NCBI GenBank assembly: GCA_023205875.1
Contig: CP060765.1
Coordinates: forward strand, 310,001-374,000
DNA from: Chloropicon primus
Lineage: Eukaryota
DNA length: 64,000 bases
Direction: 5' to 3'
Both the position numbers and the translations under genes were made by a program. How positions within the stretch are numbered: the first letter of the stretch is position 1; each line of letters opens with the position of its first letter. A model generated the notes under the pieces. It searched no databases. It saw nothing but the letters and a program-made list of their open reading frames with translations, and was not told where the DNA came from. This document shows, in pieces, positions 10,301 through 20,699 of this stretch.

Positions 10301-11649
10301 GCAGTGTGCCGAGGCTTGAAGGCAAGACTGCTGGAAACTCCTGCGCTGCTGGCTGCGACTTTCGGCAGGCTCCGCCTGCCCCTCCTGGATCTCCTCGTCT
10401 TCCTCACGTTCTCGTTCACGGCGGCAATCCCAAAAGTGTCCCGCTTCGCCATCTCGTAAAAGCCTTGCCTGCTCCCCTCGCAGCTGAAGATTGGCACGCA
10501 CCCTGTCGGGGGCTTAGGCAGGCGGGATTTCGTGCGAAGCACGAGCGAAATCACTGTAACGGTCTTCCCCATGCCTGGCTCGTCGCACAGGAAGCCTCCC
10601 CTGCAGTCGAGGTGGGTATCCGGAGCTTCAAAGGTCACCATCTTGTTGACTGTGTCCACCCAGAAACTGAAGCCATCCCCCGTGACGCATTCCAGGGCCC
10701 CGGGACGGAGGCTCACATTCTGCTGGTTCCCTTCCCTGCCAAGCATCCAAAACAAAGCAGTCTTCTGGTGCTGGTACAGGTTTAACTTCATGCCAGGGAC
10801 CTGAATGCAACACAAGGAGTGCAAATGCCTGCACGTTGCGGCAAGATTTCCCATCGATGCGCTGTCAAGAGATTGGACGATCCTCTGCAAGGCTGAACTT
10901 GGCAGCATCCACAGACCAGGCTCTGCCCCCCTCGCGGGCAAGACGTTGGATTGCTGCCCCAAGTAAAAGTTTTTGGAGACCAGGTCTTTGTGCCGAGGCA
11001 GGTTTGTGAACACTTTGGACAATATTGACCCCTTCTTCTCCCCCGTCGTCATGCCCTTCAGCATCTTGTCCGCCCTCGCGTTCTGGGGGTCCGGAGAGAG
11101 CATCAGCTCAAGCCGCGAGAACAAGCGCTTCACGTGAGCCTTCATGCTGAAGGTGACGTGCCTCTCCCCCCTCCACAGACTGGCGGAGAGGTACACGTCT
11201 AGCCTTACCCTGGCCTCAACCCGTTCCGCCGCCGCACCACCGCCTGAGGCCCCGTACACGGCCTTGGCACAGAACAACCAGTGATTTGAGATGACCCTCC
11301 TGCACGATGTCAGGAGAGCAGAGTCCTCCTCCCTCTCGGACAGGATCTCTAACCTCCTGGCGTTATCGAAAAGCCTCAAGGAGTCCTTCGACAACTGTAT
11401 CTGCAAAATGCTTCCCCCTGCTGACGTCCCGGTCGCTTCCTCCCCCGGGGAACCATTCGATACCGCCTTGTCTTGACATCCCTCGACAGGACGGAATTCC
11501 GCGCTCCTGATCACGACAAAGCCTATGAACTGGAAGTCCTCGAATGGGTGGAAGGAATCGAATCCTCCGAGATCTCCCGCCTCGTCGTCCCCTGTCCCCT
11601 CCAGACACCTCGATCCGCTAGCTTCCTCGCCCGACGTCACCCTAGTCAT
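7387..11649 (-). CDS. F-box + CW zinc finger + RING SNF2-family helicase (architecture of Arabidopsis At3g54460)
   Basis: F-box-like LWMLPSSALQRI...LAATCRHL, motif I DEPGMGKT, CW finger WVQCDACKKWR..WFC..C, DEGH box, RING-like CEKC..CAHILCIDC..CSLC, motif VI QVVSRAHRMGQ. Start taken at MTRVT (11649). Confidence 0.85.
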   Translation of the reverse strand: MTRVTSGEEASGSRCLEGTGDDEAGDLGGFDSFHPFEDFQFIGFVVIRSAEFRPVEGCQDKAVSNGSPGEEATGTSAGGSILQIQLSKDSLRLFDNARRLEILSEREEDSALLTSCRRVISNHWLFCAKAVYGASGGGAAAERVEARVRLDVYLSASLWRGERHVTFSMKAHVKRLFSRLELMLSPDPQNARADKMLKGMTTGEKKGSILSKVFTNLPRHKDLVSKNFYLGQQSNVLPARGAEPGLWMLPSSALQRIVQSLDSASMGNLAATCRHLHSLCCIQVPGMKLNLYQHQKTALFWMLGREGNQQNVSLRPGALECVTGDGFSFWVDTVNKMVTFEAPDTHLDCRGGFLCDEPGMGKTVTVISLVLRTKSRLPKPPTGCVPIFSCEGSRQGFYEMAKRDTFGIAAVNENVRKTRRSRRGRRSLPKVAASSAGVSSSLAFKPRHTASSAAVSTSTPTQRGESNGGAAATSHQGRATDQPINWVQCDACKKWRVVNQSMNLATDSKWFCKMSSDPELQKNGCSVPEDKASGASDSVAIKSLGYILREESKGRSREKAMKFEEENVQFFISVLKIRKDLWSNVASAVNFLATHDSCQKQLLSGTGLHVPSGRREPEDYGTYFEKLGLVRLRSDTPHSWIQPLWIGGQFGFDHLALSLAISDLMQFKVQVEQIFLSSATLVVVPPHLVPQWRAQFEKCCEDGLVRVYTYDEREKELPPHDLAWNYDVVLTTFSIFSTEWSFRRENSSLMKIHWLRIILDEGHSLGSSLGITNKLQMACHIMAERRWIMTGTPTPDTLAHGAAHLLPLLRFLHEPQYGLQTTMWQPCIQKPLEAGNVEGARSLFQLLSRLMIHAQKSDLESIPKCHREMRSLEFDEFHAKNYNEFVAIVQRNLLLADWWDEAHVESLMHSSKLREMMTVVRNIRLSCNLSGHMMMDVYEEDVRETMMIITQMRPDIDPSKLAWIEGAVRYGAHCEKCQQYCRVPIVTPRCAHILCIDCAGLRSDACSLCGKKYLMEPGQYSTCKKVPVELIELQPSYSQGDRGSGDVFAPNWIKTGTAKSRYILQRLRSVKKAIVFSQFQEHLRMIEDCMPQESVGLYSSSAVLMGKKMRSIRAEAINKFQNDAECRVLLMDGVCSHGLDLSFCSHVIILEPIWGEGLEEQVVSRAHRMGQKREVLVETLAMSGTTEEADLSRGPASLSVEDEDGEASDEELRKSKILLKGLKGVSGVAGARDSEMADDPPHQGITSTGSMPPETLRGSTPASSSRGVVDLAKEVLVSAPNGLSRGKVSEAGDPPPRQDPPPRKRVKFAEVGEGAEDASEDVLLLSSILRHYEETKDLGLKAVESRMIELMADEKRKDIIPRAYFLLTSSYWSSGKAAKNIYLMQKDLHPRYAAPRVFELANELPNWLCGCLRNLLSPVT

Positions 11650-11792
11650 CCTCCTGACCCCTTTGCTCTCTCCAACGCGCGGCAGAGAGATCGAGATGGA
11701 GCCAGCTCTAGAGTTTCTCCATGATGATGACCCTTGGAGGAGACTTAAACTTCTTTCCCTCTCACTGGAACAAGTCAAGCGAGAGCTCGTTC

Positions 11793-11806
11793 GAAAGATC
11801 TTGAGA
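11793..11806 (+). promoter_or_regulatory. GAAAG box of the upstream element (other half not evident)
   Basis: GAAAGATCTTGAGA, about 143 nt upstream of the SNF2 start. Confidence 0.45.
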
Positions 11807-12392
11807 TGTAGTTTCGTATTTTTTTCCTTCCTCTACCCCTCCATGTCCTCCCCCTTCCTCTCAGCGCGGCCTCCCTCTCTCCCTCTTCCTCCCCCTCGCG
11901 CTCCGATGCTCTCCCTCCACTTTTCAATTCTTGGGTGCGTTCGTCCCAAGGACAATCTGGTGGCAGAGGAGGACGAGAGGGGAGGGGCTTTGGGTCACTG
12001 ATTAGGGCGCGCGGGGACCAAGGGAGGGTGTCAAGAGAGGCTAGCAGGCTTGATCGGCAAGAGGACCTCTTCCTCTCATTGTTTCCTTCGCTCACTCGAA
12101 AGGAATGATCAAGTGTTGAGAGGATTGGTGGACGAAAGTTTGCTCTGGTTTGGGTTTTGGTTTCCAAAAGGTGGAGAGGAAGGTGAGTTCACAGCTACGT
12201 TCGCGTCGAGAACGAGGTTGGAGACGAGTGAGACTTGCATGGATGGATAGATAATGGTTTTCTCTTTCGTTTGATCCGCCATCACTCGAAAGGAAGCCCG
12301 CGTTATTTTGAGGAGGAGGACTGAAAGAGTTGTTGTTCTTGTGTGTTTGGGGTCCAGCTGTCTCGAGCTGGGAGGCGTAGCAGGTTAGGAGC

Positions 12393-15149
12393 ATGTCCCT
12401 CTTTCGCACCAAGGACTGGTGGCGTGCGAGCGTTGCAGGCGAGGAGGGAGAGGAGACGGAGTGTGATGGGTTGGCGTTTTGTGCGGCCAACCTGGACAAC
12501 GACCCGAGTGGCTCCTTGAAGCTCGCTGTGGGGACCCTCGGAGGCATATTGCGTGTGTATGCTCCAAGGGAGCCGGAGACCACTGGGGCGGACCCGCAGC
12601 AAGGGCCCAGCTCGCACGCCAACAGCGAGGACAGCATCATAGAAGTTCAGCTGGAGCACCCGATTCTGCAGGTACGGTGCCCAAGCCGATTGCCCCCCAA
12701 ACCTCCTTCACAAGTAGTGTGAACCGTTCCTGACTCCCGAGTGCTTGGATCGTTTTCGATCCTCTTCTCGTTCCTTTTCTCTCCATCTCAGCTCGAGGCG
12801 GGTTACTTCTCGCCGGACTACGATACCTGCCTGGCCGTTTTGCACCCGAGGCTGCTGAGAGTATACGCGTTGCACAAGTCAGGCAGCGCCCAAGACTTGC
12901 AGGAAGTGACTCTGCAGAAGCTTTATGAGCACAAGCTGGAGAGGTCGGCGGCCAACATGTGCAGTGGCCCGTTTGGCCGAGCTTCGACGGATTTGGACAC
13001 GACCGAGTGCGATGCGATCTGCGTGCAGTCTCTGGACGGGCAGCTGAGCATCTTTGAGCAGTCCAGCTTTGCGTTTTCCAGATTCCTTGGGAACTTTGTC
13101 GTACCGGGACCGCTGCGCTACTGCAAGGGGCTTGACATGTTCTTCACCGTGAACAGCTCCTACGAGGTCGAGTGTTACAAGTATCAGACGCTGACGTCGG
13201 CCACGCTTAGCGACAACAGCAAGAAGGATGAGAGCTCCCTCAAGGCTCTGGGGGAGAACAACAGCTTCAAGCACGGCAAGAAGCTGGAGGCGAATTGGCG
13301 GTTTGTTCTTGGGGAGGGCTGTGTTGACATCCAGTGCAGCCGTTTCACCCGAGGTCTGAAGAAAGCCTGGACGGATGACGTGATCATCTTGGGCGAGAGG
13401 ACTCTCTTCGTCCTCAGCAGTGAGGGGGAGTGCAAGCTTCAGAAGAGGCTCGAGTACCCGCCGACTTGCTTGGCGGTGTACCCATCAAAGTTAGGGGAGC
13501 AGGGAGCCGCGTGCAACATCATGGTCGCAACCAGCACGGGATACCTGATGGTGTACGACAGCGAGAGGTTGATTTGGTCTGCGAGGCACGACATGGTCCC
13601 CGTCTCGGTGAAGGTGCTCACATTTGGAGACCTGGGCGGCCTCGTCACGACCCTGGACGACAAGGGCGCGTTGGCCGTGTCCTACATGGGGACGGATCCG
13701 CCGACGCAGGTGGTGTCTATCGCAGGCGAGGAGCAGCTCAACTTCGAGGAGATGGAATCCGAGCACAGGCAGCTGCTCAATGTTATCAGGCAGCACGCCA
13801 CGCAGAAGCCGTCGGAGCCCGTGGACATACTCATGCTCAGGGCGCAGATCCCCCAGTACATGAAGGCCTTGGGGGAGGGAGAGTACGGGGGGAGCCGGGG
13901 CGGCTACGACTTGGAGGATGAGCTTGGCGGAAGACACTCCAAGGCCGTGGTCGGGAAAATATTCCTCAACTACTCTGGCATCAGCGACATCACGGACGTG
14001 TCGATATCCGTGGACGTGCCCGAGCCTATTGTCGCGGAGGCGGAGCCCTCGCACATATCCTGCATCAAGGGAGGGAGTTCCGGGAGGCAGACGCCGATCG
14101 TAATCCAGCTCAAGCTCTTCCCGGGGACCCACTGCCTGCCCAGTGACAGGACGCTTAACGTCTCGGCGTCGTACCAGACGCCTTCGGGGGAGCCTCGGAT
14201 ATCGCACTGCGAGGTTCAGCTCCCCTTGTGCCTGTTCGGGACACTTGTCTCGCCGGTGAAGAACGCGACCTACAAGCTCACTCTGGACACGAACAAGGAC
14301 GCCCCTCAGCTCGTCAACGTCTTTGAGGACATCTTTGCTTCCTGCCAGGACAACTACTTCGAAATGAATTCGAACGTGAATGTGATGTCCTTCAAGTACT
14401 TCTCCGGGGAGATTGTCACGACAATTGTTTCGAAGAACGCCGGGCGTTACAGGATTCAGTCGGATTGCAACGGGGCCATGTGGCTCATCCTTCAGGAGCT
14501 CAAGGAAAGGCTTGCGGCCTACTATGCCGCTGCCGATCAGGAGGGGGGCGAGGGGCTTCAGATCAGCCTGAGCGACAACGTGCCCCTGGAGATCTTGTTT
14601 GAATGCATTGACAAGCACTTCAATTCTGTAGAATATGTGAACAAGCTGCACTCGGATTTGGAGCTCCACGGAAGGAGGTTCCGAGCCGTGCAAAAGAGGT
14701 TCCTTGTGAGATTCAAGGACCGGAGGCCTGAACCCCTCTCGCACTTGGAGGCCCTCTTGGACGACACTTACGACAACATTATAGACTGTTGCGTGCGGAT
14801 AGACGAGACGACTGCAGACATGATGGACAGGGCGAGGGACATTGTTCACAACTGCCATCTCTTCCTTTCTCTCCTGCAGTGCCAGTTCAATCTGACCGAG
14901 AAGCAGATTCACTTCTTGAAGAAATTCTTGAACCCTCAGGTCGAACACAGCCAAGGCGGATTCATTTGGGAGGAGTACACCGAGGCTGCCTTGTCCTACC
15001 TGCTCAAGGCGCACTTGTCAAAGTCCCAGAAGGACACCATCTCCTTTGGTGGAGTGTCCAAAATGACAAGCACGGCTAAGCTCAAAAAGTTGATCTCGAC
15101 CATGGTGGAGAGGTTCTCTCGAGGCATAACCCTGCGGCTGCCGAGCTAA
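12393..15149 (+). CDS. BBS9: BBSome subunit BBS9/PTHB1 (2 exons: 12393-12671, 12792-15149)
   Basis: Diagnostic start MSLFRTKDWW; ICVQSLDG, PGPL, LGER, YMGTDP, SKNAGRYRIQSD and FRAVQKRFLVRFKD. Phase-0 GT-AG intron 12672-12791. Confidence 0.93.
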
Positions 15150-15213
15150 GTCTTGTGTTTACCAAATTTACAAAAGAGGGTGTCGAAATAAATTAAAATT
15201 AATGATACACTTC

Positions 15214-18200
15214 TCACGACAAGTAAGTCACCCGAGCCAGAAACCCCCTGAGGTTTCCGCAGACCTCTTTCATCAGCGCGAGTACGTTTGGAATGTAGAC
15301 GGACTTCCCTTCGCCGGTTTGCACGGGGAGAACGTAATCAACGTCGTTGTCCGGCAACTTTGCTGTTGGAATGAAGCAGCTCGGATTCCACGACAGGGCC
15401 ACGGTCGTTCCTCCGAATTCATCGTATCCCACAAAGCCGTGCTTTCCCACGACCTCCTGTATTTTTTCGACAGCCGACGTGACCAAATTTTCCCCCAGAA
15501 TCAGCTTGCTCCTCGCATCGAGATCGGACGAGCTCTTGACGGTCTGCAAATGCACGAGGTCTTCGATTGCCCTCGACCCATTGCTGCCGTCCTGCCCATG
15601 TTTGTTCCCCTCGGATATGCACGCAAAGTACTTCCAAAGAGGGACGCTCTCGGGGTGCAGGTGCAGCAGGACGTCGTAGAAGTTCAGGTTCGGCGTAAAA
15701 ACTCGTAGAATCTTTCCACCAAAGCCGTCGTAGCCTCTCCTCATCTCGCTGTCCAAATAAGCCAAAGAAGACTTTGCAGCCCTGGCAGCATTCTTATAAA
15801 CATCAGCAGCGGCCGCCTCGTTTGTCCAGTATCCACTATCAAGCTGATAGGGTGTTGCAACGCAGAATTTACCCTCGTTGTTGCCGGCGTGGAATTCCCC
15901 CTCGAGCTTCTGCACGTTACCCTCGTGCTCCACCGCAGAGAGCTCCCCGGACATCACGTCCACGTACATCGGCCTCTCCTCCCAGGAAAAGGAAGCGGTG
16001 GTGTTCAAAAATCTCAGGAAGCCGCTCCAATGCGAAGCTGGAGTTGGCAGGCAGGACGGGTTGCAAAACGCCTCGGCCACCAGGAGCTCGACCACTTCCT
16101 GTTTCATGTGTGGAGAAAGGAGGTGGGACCCAAACCACCTCTTTGCGATCCTCACCGAATTGGAAAAAGCTGCATGTTTCGTGGCGAGACCAGAAACCGC
16201 AGTGTGGTGCTTGATGCACGTGCTAATCACGTGATTCGTCAAGGTCGCCGGCCCGGTCAAGGCGTGGAACCGCAGCCTGAATACGTACCCATCGAACAAC
16301 ACGTCTACGTATTCCTGGGTTCCCACGCACTTGATGCCAAAGCTCTTTTCAAGCGTACTCGCGGCGTGGAGCGCCATTGCAGTAAGTGTCTTCCTCTGAA
16401 GCTCTGGATTTTTCGGCCACCTGCTGCTTCCCTCGAGGCCCGCAAAGCATTCGATGACAGGAACAAATGATTTGTACAAATGATTCTCTTGGGCGTTCCT
16501 GGAACCGCACAACTTGTGCTTCTTCAGTGGCATGGGCTCGGTGCACCTGTAGATTGAGCTCGCGACCTGCAAGGTCTCTATCTTGAGGGGCAGCGTGTCG
16601 ATGCTTTTCAGCATGCGCGAGAGCTTGTCGAACGATTTAATGGCGTTCCCCTTCTCCTCCAAAAAGTTCTTTGAGTCCACGAGGAAGTCGAAGTGCGTTT
16701 CCCGGGTTGTCATCGCAACCTCCATGCCTTTCATGTTCTTTCCCAGGGCCTCGTCCAAAGATCTTTGCATCAACAGGTGCGGCGCCTTGTACCCCGCGTC
16801 CCAGATCACAGCCTCCGCGATGGAGGTGTCCTTGAATTGCCTGAGTTGGGCTCTCTGCCCCCAAAAGCTTCGGAAGTTCCTGCACAGCTCCTTCTCCGTG
16901 TTGATGGGGCCGACGTCAACCAAGCTATGAGCAAGCTCGCTGTTGGCGCTCAGGAAGAGGTCGATCACCCCGCCAACCAGTTCTGGCTCCTTCACGCCGA
17001 GCTTCTGCGTGCTGGCGCTTTTCCTGATCGCCTGAGGCTTCAGCTTCCTCGCCTTGCAGTGCGCCAAAACGATTCTATTTCCCAGTGCCAGCTTGGCGAT
17101 GTACTCCACGAGCCTCTCTTGGTCTGTCCACAAGCGAAAATCCCCTCCAAAAGCCTTGGCGAGCTCTCCCTCAACCTTGAGGATGGACACCTGAAAGTGG
17201 TGATCGAAGTGCATCCCAAAGTACGGCTTCATCAAGAAAAGCTTCTCAAACTTGGTCTCCGGAGGCAGAAACGAGTCGAGGAGCTTCATTGTGCACCCCG
17301 CGCACCTCTTGAGCACCAAGGCCGCGCTCTCCGGCATCCTCGCGGCCAAGTTGACCCAACCCGTGCAGTCCACAAGGACGGATTCGAATGTTTTGCGGAA
17401 GTCTGCCACGTCAGGCGGGTCCTTCATCGCGGTTTGGGCCTCAAACACGTTCTGGATGGATTCTCCCTTGGCAAGGTCGAGGGCCGCCAAGCCCTCGAGC
17501 AGCAGGTTGAAGACCTGGAGCGTGGAGGCGTGCTCCGATATCTCTTTCATCTTCCAGACCCAAGCGCCCAGGACCGTGAAAAAGTGGCCCGTCATCCCAA
17601 ACTCCTCGAGCAACAAGTTGTGCTTCCTCGCCCAAATCTTCAGCAAGACAATCGCGTCCTTGAGGGCTCCTCCAGCAGGCTTCACAAACCCCGCCAAGGC
17701 CTCGTGATTCTCCATCAGCATCGCATCCTCGGCGATGGAACTCGTGTACAGCGGCGTCACCCTCTCCTGGTTCTCATTCTTAAGGGTGAGCACCCTGTCC
17801 CCCTTTCTCCAGTTCTTGGGCCTGACTAGGGTCGAGAACGGCGTCTTGATGTTGCTCCTCAGCGGATGATACTTGTGCGTCTCAAACGCGGCCGGACCGA
17901 TGCAGGGAATAAACCTCAGCTCAAGCGTCTTCCCTGACCAAGGCACCCCGCAAATGACCACCGGCTTCCTCTCGTCGTTGCCGAAGAACTCGTACCTCAT
18001 GCCGCCCTTCCCCAAGTCCTTCACTCCGTACATTGTTTTCACCAGCTTTGCCAGGTAGAGGGCCCTCTTGCCGGCGTACCTATGAGACAGAAAGTCCTTC
18101 TTCGTGAATATCGAGTCGGGAAGGACGACAGCAACATCCACGCTGATCTTGTTCGATATCTCCTCGCCCGTGCCGAGTGCGAGCGAGCCCACAACCTGGA

Positions 18201-18602
18201 ACGCAGTCGGAGGCACCGCGTCTATTCTGTAACCGTTCCTAGCAGAGCAAAAGGAGGAGAAAGAAGAAAAAAAGACAATTGGAAAGTCAGTCAAAATGTT
18301 GCCTCGCACTTGCATCCACTGGATCCAGTGACTCACTTCACGCAATGCAGGTAATCCCCTTCCGCCTGCGCGGCCAGCTCCTCGCCGCCGACGTCCTTCC
18401 AAGAGCTATGAAGCCTCTCCAGCAGGTTCTCCACATATTCAAGCAAATCTTCGTCCGCAGCGCTTCCCCTGACCTCCCGAAGGAGCTCTTGAATGAGGAG
18501 GTCCTCTGTTGCTCCACCTTTCACCTCCCCGACCCCCTGCTCCATTTCCAAACCCTCTCCGTCCCCCTCCTCCGCCTCCCTCTTCCGCTTGGCAGTCACC
18601 AT
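15214..18602 (-). CDS. NOL6: Nucleolar protein 6 / Utp22 (Nrap family) (2 exons: 18602-18337, 18238-15214)
   Basis: VVGS...VDVAVVLP..KDFLSHRYAGKRALYL, FRSFWGQRAQLRQFKDTSIAEAVIW, EGSSRWP and VRIAKRW. A GTGAGT...TAG intron at 18336-18239 joins the 89-aa upstream ORF in frame. Confidence 0.9.
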
Positions 18603-18642
18603 CCCTCGCGATCACTCTGCTGCACTCCTTGGCTTGGGCCAC

Positions 18643-18691
18643 TCCCGGCGCCAAATGGGTCAACCGAGATATCAGTCGAAAGCTCTTGAGA
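18643..18691 (+). promoter_or_regulatory. Bipartite upstream element, copy
   Basis: TCCCGGCGCCAAA-N22-GAAAGCTCTTGAGA; the GAAAG box is 75 nt upstream of the NOL6 ATG. Confidence 0.6.
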
Positions 18692-19093
18692 GGTGCTTTC
18701 GTGCTGCGTCCTTTTTCCGTCCCTGTTTCTGCCCCCTCGCCCTCTGTCTCGATCGAAACAAACCAAGCTCTTCTCTCTCTCTCTCTCTCTGCAGAGCAAG
18801 GCGGCTGCAATTTGAGGAAGAGCCTGCTGCTGCTGCTGCTGGTGGTGCGAGAGATGGTGAGGTGAGGGCGACGATGGTGAGGAGGGAAGGGGAACAGGGC
18901 AAGAGCAGGATGCGTTGGTGGCTGCATTGCCTCTTCCTCTTTGCAAAGAGCCATGACTTGACGGGGAAAGGGACGAGGAAAGAGATCGATGAATGATGGG
19001 TGACGGACGTTGTTGGCGCGAGCGAGGCCCGTTCTCAGCGGGTAGCCCCTCGCTAAAAAGATTACAAGGCAGCTCGTTATCCATGTTCATCGA

Positions 19094-20104
19094 TCAATTC
19101 TCACGAAAGTTGGTCAGGAACTCCTCCGTCAGGCTCGCCATCCTCTTGCACGCCAGTTTGCTGGTGACAAAACCGTGAAATTGATCCTCGCGGTACTTGA
19201 TGAAGCAGGTCTTGTCCTCCCCGAGGTTCTCGACCACTTGCTCGTACAATTTCTGGGGTGCCCAGTGATCGCCGGGGCAAAACACCCAACCCACCCTCTC
19301 CCTGTTGCCTCGAAGCCAAGTCCAGTCGATTTCTTTCCCCCTCAGAGTCTTGAACTCGTCCTGCGCGAGCGAGAAGGCGTTGTGCCCCACCGTGTACGAC
19401 AAGAGCTGCTCGGCGACGTGCCTTGCACTCTCCTTCTCGAGATTCTTGTCGAAAGCGGTGAGGACTCTGACGAGGACAAAGTTCGGCACCACCAAATTGA
19501 TGAAGCCGGCGACTGCGGCAGGAATGTACGGCCTCTTCGCAACTCTTTCCAGGCTCAGTTGCTTGGAACTACTCTCATCAAACTGCATGTACGGCATCTG
19601 TGCCATAATTCTGCACGTATCGGAAGGGTGCTTGTGCTTGGATTCCGAGCGCGTTGTTCTTCTGGCGGCCTTCCTGCTGGCTTGCCACCGCTTCACAGCT
19701 TCCAGCGCCATGTACGCTCCGATCGAGTGACCCACGACAAGCAAAGGCGTCTCCGCATCGTTGCAGTATTCCTGCAAGAAGTTCAACTTGTGCTCCACCT
19801 GGTCCTCGAGCGTGTAGAAAGACGGCTTGTAAATGCCCTTGACGTGGCCCAAGTGGCTCAAGGTCCTCACCCGTACGCAACCCACTTTGTCGACCAAGGT
19901 TTTGTGCAAGTACTTTGTGTAATGCTCGTAAAAGTGACCCGAACCAGGGTTGCCAGGGAACACCACAACCTCAAGAGCGGGCTTTGACCGGATCGGAGAC
20001 ACGGACTCCAGCATCTCCGTCGGTTCTCCAGCCACATCGATCACGGACGCCTGAGGCATTGGCATCATCACGTCGTCATCATCGCTTCCAACATCCTGCC
20101 CCAT
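19094..20104 (-). CDS. Lipid droplet-associated hydrolase (LDAH/DUF2305 alpha-beta hydrolase)
   Basis: VVFPGNPG..FY, YTLEDQVEHK, nucleophile elbow GHSIG, DHWAP and C-terminal HGF. Start taken at MGQDV. Confidence 0.85.
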   Translation of the reverse strand: MGQDVGSDDDDVMMPMPQASVIDVAGEPTEMLESVSPIRSKPALEVVVFPGNPGSGHFYEHYTKYLHKTLVDKVGCVRVRTLSHLGHVKGIYKPSFYTLEDQVEHKLNFLQEYCNDAETPLLVVGHSIGAYMALEAVKRWQASRKAARRTTRSESKHKHPSDTCRIMAQMPYMQFDESSSKQLSLERVAKRPYIPAAVAGFINLVVPNFVLVRVLTAFDKNLEKESARHVAEQLLSYTVGHNAFSLAQDEFKTLRGKEIDWTWLRGNRERVGWVFCPGDHWAPQKLYEQVVENLGEDKTCFIKYREDQFHGFVTSKLACKRMASLTEEFLTNFREN

Positions 20105-20225
20105 ACTTGCCCTCGTCAGCGTGTGAAGCCTCTGTTCCAGCTTTTCTCCCGCGATTCGACGAGATCCTGCGCACCTCACCCTCGGCCTCGTCCCAGGCGC
20201 CTCAATCGTCCACGAGCACGCGACT

Positions 20226-20578
20226 TGCCAAGCGCAACGACGTGATGATGGTGCACAACCTGCTTCGAGGGGCAACCAAAACAAACCATGCATGCACACT
20301 TGTCAGTCCCGTTCCATCGTCAATCCTTCGCCATTCCTCTCGAGGGACCGCTCTTTCGAAAGCCCTTGAGACGAATAATCGATGATTATCTCACTCACTC
20401 CTCCCCCTCCCCGCCCTCGTTGCCAACTTTGCCAAAGCGTGACGACGTACCAATGCCCAACCTGCTTCGCACCAGATGCCAAAAACTCACGTTAGTCCCT
20501 CGTTCCTCGTCCGTTCCTTTCGAGTGCCGGGTCTTCGGAAAGCCCTTGAAACGACGCGTTCATCAATCCCTAACACTA
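20226..20578. repeat. Degenerate direct repeat pair in the LDAH/capping-enzyme divergent spacer
   Basis: Shared blocks TGCCAA(A)GCG..CGACGT, CAACCTGCTTCG and GAAAGCCCTTGA occur twice; the GAAAG boxes are at 20358 and 20538 (180 nt apart). Confidence 0.6.
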
Positions 20579-20699
20579 CCGGTCTCTCGCCCTCGCCCTC
20601 GCCGTCGTTCTAGTTACCTGACACCCCGCAGTGGTTCATAGAGAGAGAGAGAGGCTTGGCGCCAAAAAAGGTGAGGTGAAGGTGAAGAAGTCCGACGCG

